From contig NC_087437.1 in the NCBI RefSeq assembly GCF_036321535.1, positions 53,818,001 through 53,882,000 on the forward strand: a stretch of DNA of 64,000 nt, read 5' to 3'. The notes beneath the pieces were generated by a model, which saw only the letters and a program-made list of their open reading frames with translations, did no database searches and was not told the origin of the DNA. A program made the position numbers and the translations under genes. This DNA is from Camelus dromedarius. Its lineage: Eukaryota. Positions 57,945 to 64,000 of this stretch are shown piece after piece. Position 1 is the stretch's first letter. Every line of letters starts with the position of its first letter.

Positions 57945-59559
57945 TAGGACTCTTAATTAATTAGATTGCTCTTTATGAAATCATTTCAAACTAAAACATT
58001 AAGTCTTTCTTTGACTTAAGAAATTTCTTTTATTATTTCTCCTCAATTTGCACTTTTCTCCTCCAGGTTTTATATACCTAAATGGGATCTTTTAAAGTTG
58101 TTCCCTATGTCTTTATTTTTCTTCAATTGTTCCCCTTTCCTAGGATTTGTGGAGACATTTTTGAAAACGTTCTCTCTCCTGCTTTAGTTTTCCTTGGTAT
58201 CCAATCCCCTGTTGTTTGTATTTTATTGGTGTTATTCTTTGTGTCAGTCCTTCCTTTATAAAACTGTAAGACATTGTTGGAAGAAATATATATTTAGTTA
58301 AATGTTCTCATAATACAAATTAAATATCCTCTCTTTCTTTCCCTAGCAATTTTATTTAATAGAAAGATGATGCTCTGGTTCCAGAAGTCTGTGCTTACTC
58401 AACATCAGATGTTGAGCCTGGATCTGTCAACAAAGGAGAGACTGGAGAAGGTTAGATTCACAGAACGTAGTTCTGAATTCCTGAAGCCTGGGGAATGGAG
58501 ACAGAGTTCCAGGGGCAGTGATGGTCAGGATCTTTGCATTCCTGAAGGCTCCTTCCCTTTCTTTAGTTTTGCGTGATCTGGGAGTTAGCTGGGGCAGTGG
58601 CCTCATCTGCCCACATTTGGGGCCCCATGGCACACGGCTAACAGGTCCTTGGACGTGCTCCAAGTACCAGGATACCTTTATGTCACAAGGACCAGAAAAT
58701 CTAATTCAAATAGCTCCAGATAGTAAAGGGGAACGTTGTGCTCAGTTAACTGAGATAAGGTGAACTCTACAAGGTTTTGTTTTGTTCTGCTTTCCACAGC
58801 TCAGTGATGTTGTCAAGGGCTGAGTTTCTTTTGCCTTCCCTTCTCTGTGAAATGGGTGGTGAGGAGTCTTCCATAATATATTAAGATTGTTAATATTCCT
58901 TTTAGTGTGTTTAGTGTGTTCTCAGAGTTGGAGATAAATTCTAGAAGTGGTCTAAACAATGCAGATTTATTAGCTATGTGAGCCTATTATATTAATTACC
59001 TACTGTATTAAAATCATGTAATCCACTTTTGAGAGTGAGAGTTTGGGAAAGCCTATTAGCTGTTATTTCATTTCATTTCATTTTGATACTCTGTCAATCC
59101 AAAAATCAATGAGAAGAGGAGCAAGGAAGACGGACTAGCAGAATCTCATAAAATAACACTAAATTTTGACATTAGATAGAGACATTTGGATTCATTTATT
59201 TATGTAAGAAATATTTTTGAGCACTTACTACTTGCCAGGTATTTCATTCTTAAATGTGGGAGTACAGCGGTATACCAGCTAGGAAATATTCCTGCTCTTA
59301 AAGAGCTCAAGTCATAGAAGAGAAGATAGCAAAGTCAATAGGTTTATAAGTATGAAATAAAAGGAGAAACACCAGGGAGCTCCTCTGGGAGCATACAGGG
59401 CAAGTGCCAAATCCAGGTTTGGAGAAGCAGTCAAAGCTTACTTATTATGGGGAAAAGCCATCTGAGCTAAAAACTAACAGATGGGTAGCACCTGGACAGG
59501 TGAAGAGGTGATAAAGGAGCCTTCTAGCCAGAGGGGCAGGACGTAGAGATGCAGCAGAG

Positions 59560-59740
59560 CAGTTCTAGAGCTGGAGTACCTGGTTTTGATTCCGGGCTCT
59601 GCCACTCAGCATCCATGTGACAGTGGACAGGTTAAGTTCTTTGTGTTTCCATCTGTGAAATGGCTGAGAATGGGAGCTATCTCTTAACATTATGAAGACT
59701 GAGCAGGTTAATATTTGTAAAGCATTTAGAACAGTGCTTC
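59560..59740 (+). mobile_element. MIR SINE
   Basis: cctggttttgattccgggctctgccactcagcatccatgtgacagtggacagg…tttccatctgtgaaatgg…atttgtaaagcatttagaacagtgc. Confidence 0.75.
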
Positions 59741-60774
59741 ATTTGTTACACAAGAGACAACACAAATCTTACACAAACCATAAAACACATCTTTCCGCTC
59801 TGCATCAGGCAACAATGAGTAAGAAAGAAGTTGCTTTTTGGTGTCTCCTGTTTAAGAGAGCCATGCTTATTCTCTAAGCTCCACAGTAGCGGGTCCAACT
59901 GCCTGAACAAGGCTGTTGGCTCAGTCCTTCCCTGGACGAAACCCTTGGCGCACTCAAGAATCAGGTTACAGCACAAGATCACAAGAGAACAGTGAAAGCA
60001 GGAGATGGCAGCTAGGTCAGCAAGTCAAGGTGAAGAGGGTCAACAAGGGATACAGGAGAAATGGTTGTGTACTGGGAAGGGGAAGATGGGGCAAAGCACA
60101 GTCAGCCATCCAGGAAGACTGTCTGAGAGACTGACAGCAGGTGCTTGTCAATGCTTCCAGACCCCATGCAGAGGCAAGACTCTATCTCTGGGAAGCCCAT
60201 CCAGGACTAAGCCAGGCCCAGATCCAGAGAAACCACAATGCCAGGCAGGTTATCAAAGTAGTGATTCATTCTTTCATTCATTCAACAACAACAAAATATT
60301 AAAATGCTTAACATGTGCCAGACAACATGCCAGGTGCTGGAAGTATTAATAATAATATATTGTCTTTGCCTTCAAAAGGTTTAAATTAGTGAGAATGGTG
60401 AGAGAGTAGACAGTAAATAATGTAGCACTTTGAAAAAACATGCTCAGGGCACTATGATAACAATACCGAAGTTCTGACCTTACCAAGCCCAGTTGTAAGG
60501 ATGAGGGGAGAGGCAAAGGAAGGGGGCAGGACAGAGAAAAAGGATTAAGAAAGTCTTCACTGAAGAGAAACTCAATTATTAATATAAGGTCAGAGCAAGA
60601 TGACGTCCAGAGTGGCCTGTCAGTCCACACCATAACATGACAATTCCTAGAACTTAGGGTAGAGACCACGAGTTGGACTGTGCATGGACAGAATCTTGTA
60701 ATGAAGTTAAGGATAGTGTCTGAAAGAGACAGAAAAATGCAGAGTATCCATAAAATATGAACAAACCTCAGAAA

Positions 60775-61180
60775 TATAATCATATAGAATACTATTCAGC
60801 AATAAAAAGGAATGAAGTACTGATATAAGCTACAACATGGATAAACCTTGAAAACATTATGCTAAGTGAAAATATCATGCTAAGTCGTAAAAGACCATAA
60901 AATTGCATGACTCCATTAATGTGAAATGTACATAAAAGCAACTCTATAGAGACAGAAAGTGGACTGGTGACTGCCTAGGGCTTGGTGGGTTGGGAGAAAA
61001 TGGGAATTGACTACCTAGGAATATAAGTTTATTTTAGGTGATGAAAATGTCCTGAAATTGATTGTGGTGATAGTTACACATCTCTGTAAATACACTAAAA
61101 ACCTTTCAATTGGTACACTTTGGGTAAATTGTGTGCCATGTGAATTATATCTCAATAAAGCTGCTACAAATATAAAATAA
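60775..61180 (+). mobile_element. L1MB-type 3' end
   Basis: gaatactattcagcaataaaaaggaatgaagtactgat…aaccttgaaaacattatgctaagtgaaa…ggtgatgaaaatgtcctgaaattgattgtggtgatagtt…atgtgaattatatctcaataaagctg. Confidence 0.9.
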
Positions 61181-61274
61181 ATTTAAGATGGTTCATTAGA
61201 GGAATTTAAAAAAGCTAATATGGCTAGAAATTCAAACATAGAGGGCACAAAGTATACTGAGAGATTAGTCTCAA

Positions 61275-61495
61275 GCAGTGGTTCTCCACCAGGGTTGATT
61301 TTGCCCTCTAAGGGACATTCAGCTTTGTCAGGAGGCACTTCTGGTCATCACAACTGGGGAGGTGGTATGACTAACATCTAGTGAGTAGAGACCAGGAATG
61401 CTGTGAAATATTCTAGAATTCATAGGATAACTTCCCTCAACAAAGAATTATTTATCTCCAAATGTCAACAGTGCTGAGGTTGGGAAATCCTAGCC
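61275..61495. mobile_element. MER20 hAT-Charlie element
   Basis: cagtggttctccaccagggttgattttgccctc…catctagtgagtagagaccaggaatgctg…caacaaagaattatttatctccaaatgtcaacagtgctgaggttgggaaatcct. Confidence 0.88.
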
Positions 61496-63664
61496 TAAAG
61501 AGGCAAGCAGTGTTAAGGTCATAAGGGTTATGGGGTCAAATCAAGAGGAAGGCTCCTCTTAAAAGTAGTATGGAAACATAGTATTTGGTGGGAGGTTGGC
61601 ATGGTGAGATCTGAGTTTTCAATAGATCACTTTTGGTGAAAATGGATTGGAGAGATAGGGAAGACAGAGATAATGATAGTCCAGTTAGGATGATAGGAGA
61701 AGAAATGGAGAGTTTTGAGAGATGCTAACTTAGAAGGAAGAATTGGCAGGGTATGGTGATTTGTTTGATTCAGAGCTCAGGAAGAGATGGAGAATGAAGG
61801 GCAGGTTGGCATCTAGACTTCCAACTTGTGCTAGCAGCTGGATGGTGGTAATGCCATTGACTGAAATAAGAAACAAAGGTAGAGGAGTTGGTTTGGGAAA
61901 GAAAATAATAAATTATATTCTAGATGCATTGGAAGTCCTATGGAGGTCAAAGTGGAGACATTCAGGGGATAACTGAAGATAAAATTATGAAACTCAGGAG
62001 AGACTGAAACTAAATGGGCATCATCATATATAAGACAGCTCTATATGGGAATTCCTGGGATAACCTAAGGAGAGTGTGGCTTGAGATGAGAAGATAACTA
62101 CTCTGAGGGACACTAAAAGCATAGAAAAGAGAATTTGCAAAGGAGACTAAGAGAGTAGCCAGAAAGTTGAGGACAAAAACAAAATAACACAAACCAGGAC
62201 TGTGTATCTTAGAAGTCAAAGGAAGATTGTTTCAAAGAGGTCAGTAGTATACATTTCTGCACAGAGATCAAATAATATGAAACTGAGAATTACCCAATGG
62301 ATTTTGCAGCAAGGAGTTTGAAGGAGACCAGGGTGAGATCAGTTTCAGTGGTGTGTTGGGGACAGAAGTCAGATGTAGGGAGTTGAGGAGTAAGTGGGAG
62401 GTACGAAAGTGGAGGCAGTGACTGACTCATGAGAATGTGTCTATGACAGGGAGGAAAGAGATCAGTGGTAGCTGGAAGGGGATGTGGGTCCAGATGGAGG
62501 CTTTTTGAGACAAGAAAGATTTCTATACATTTAAATGCTGAGTGGAAGGGGCCAGTGGACAAAAAGAAGATTAGAGATACAGAAAAGAGGAAATTGTCAA
62601 GGTTTTGGGGAAAGACTGAAGTCATTGTTTAACTTAGGTTGAAGGATATCTCTGCTGTCAAAGCAGTAGTGAAGGACAGAAGAATGGGTGCAGACAAAAA
62701 AGAATTTACAATTTTTGTGGCAGAAAATTGAGGAAATTCTCATTTAAAGATTTCAGATTTCCCCGGGATGGCCATCTCCTGAGCATGACCTAGTGAAATA
62801 GCAGGGTTAGAATTCTGTAGAGAGTGGACACAGCCTGAAATGGGTATAGCAGAGTGGAAGAGAAGAAAGCAGATTTGAACATGACAAGGTCATGTATGTG
62901 ACCGTGGGACTGGGTGACTTAAATAAATGGAGGTGAAAGTCATTGAAAATGAATGGGGTCGGGAATTTAAGATGGAATTTCTTCATTGAAGCTGACTTGT
63001 CTTCACAGAATAAAAGTAGACAGGCCTCTCAGGGTAAGTGCAGATTCTAAGTAATGTCTTGTTTTGCTTTTGATTCTCATTTGGGTTTTATCTATAAATC
63101 TAGACTCAATAGTACCTGTTAGACTTCAAATCTCTCTGGTACTTGCACTTAAGGAAATCATGCAGAGAAGAACGGAAACAGACCTACAAATGATTATGGA
63201 CCATGATGTGCTCATTGACTTGAGGGTTGCTTCCCCTTGTACATGAAACACCTCTGTAGGTCCAGGTAGCCATCTATCTGTCTAGTGCATCTTCCCTTCC
63301 TCAAGGTAAGTAGCCCCACTTACTTCCCTACTCTTCCCTCTTCTCAGACACAGACTTACACATATGCACCATCTTTCTCCTCTTCCAACAAGTGCTTTCT
63401 AGGTCTCCTCCTTAGCTCACATACTCTCCAGTTTCTCTGAGGGAAAAGTCTATCAGGAGGTACGATTTTCTGGGGAACAGCACTGAAGTTCACTACTTTA
63501 CTATGCACTGGAAACACTTAGACCACTTGATGGTATCAAGAGCACTAACGTGGGACGTGGAAGGACTCTTCTGCATTCCTAACATAGACCAGAGTCCTGA
63601 TCTATCCACAGAGTGCCAGAACTGGGACTGAACCCAGACACCATCTAGTCCAGTGCTTTTTTAG

Positions 63665-63790
63665 GCAGAAAGGGAAACTGAGGCAGGGAGGCGAGGCAAC
63701 GTGTCCAGATCATGGCAATCAGCTAGTGGCACAGCCTGGATTCAAATCCAGAGCCTCTCATCCCTAATCTGACCCTCTTTATGTATATCA
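63665..63790 (-). mobile_element. MIR SINE fragment
   Basis: gggaaactgaggcaggg…gtgtccagatcatggcaatcagctagtggcacagcctggattcaaatccag. Confidence 0.7.
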
Positions 63791-64000
63791 AATTCCCTGG
63801 AACAGTACCTCATTTTCTTCTTCCTAAATACCTATGCCAGAATAATTTTTCAGCTCAGTCCCACACACTAGCACTCTGAATATTCATTTCCCAAACCTCA
63901 GAGGCTTAACAAGAACAAAAAAATGGATCAAAAAATTAATCCGTTATTGGGTGACATGGATTATAACAAATACAAAGTGGGAGAAAACACACAAAAAAGC

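Larger units (their letters stand above)
60262..62960 (+). mobile_element. Long L2 remnant interrupted by L1MB and MER20
   Basis: ttcattctttcattcattcaacaac…atgtgccagacaacatgccaggtgctgg; gctggatggtggtaatgccattgactgaaataag; tggattttgcagcaaggag; gtttcagtggtgtgttggggacagaagtcaga. Confidence 0.75.

Noticed and set aside
63001..63312. Strong donors (CAGG|GTAAGT near 63033, CAAG|GTAAGT near 63305) suggesting micro-exons
   Set aside because: The upstream acceptors are weak, there is no coding signal, and such donors occur by chance at this scale.
9970..64000. Expected neighbouring gene RTP4, or any other coding gene upstream of MASP1
   Set aside because: I found no RTP-type zinc-finger (3CxxC) coding sequence or other recognisable protein in the ORF track or by eye. 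By human synteny it probably lies beyond the right edge. Small non-coding exons cannot be excluded.

Overview
This is mammalian genomic DNA, most likely camelid. The assignment rests on two tRNA-derived SINEs of the camelid Vic-1 type and several young L1 3' ends of a cetartiodactyl/camelid type. The only protein-coding gene I can support is the 5' end of MASP1 (mannan-binding lectin serine protease 1, which also yields MASP-3 and MAp44) on the minus strand. Exon 1 has a long 5'UTR and only 5 coding nt (ATGAG, 9034-9030). A 7539-nt intron follows, then the 232-nt exon 2 (1490-1259) encoding the signal peptide and the first part of CUB1. The gene continues off the left edge of the window. The remaining ~54 kb is upstream intergenic DNA made mostly of decayed L1, L2, MIR, MLT1 LTR and MER (hAT) repeats. 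All other ORF-track entries look like chance or repeat-derived ORFs. I found no new gene system. The most notable observations are: (1) three L1 insertions whose target-site duplications enclose extra non-L1 sequence and a second A-tail, i.e. candidate 3' transductions, the best being a 1.3-kb composite in MASP1 intron 1 bounded by a perfect 18-bp duplication; (2) two upstream AUGs in the MASP1 leader, one opening a reading frame that overlaps the main start and ends in exon 2; (3) a strong CTCF motif about 20 kb upstream of the gene. Repeat subfamily names and boundaries were judged by eye from memory of consensus sequences and are approximate.
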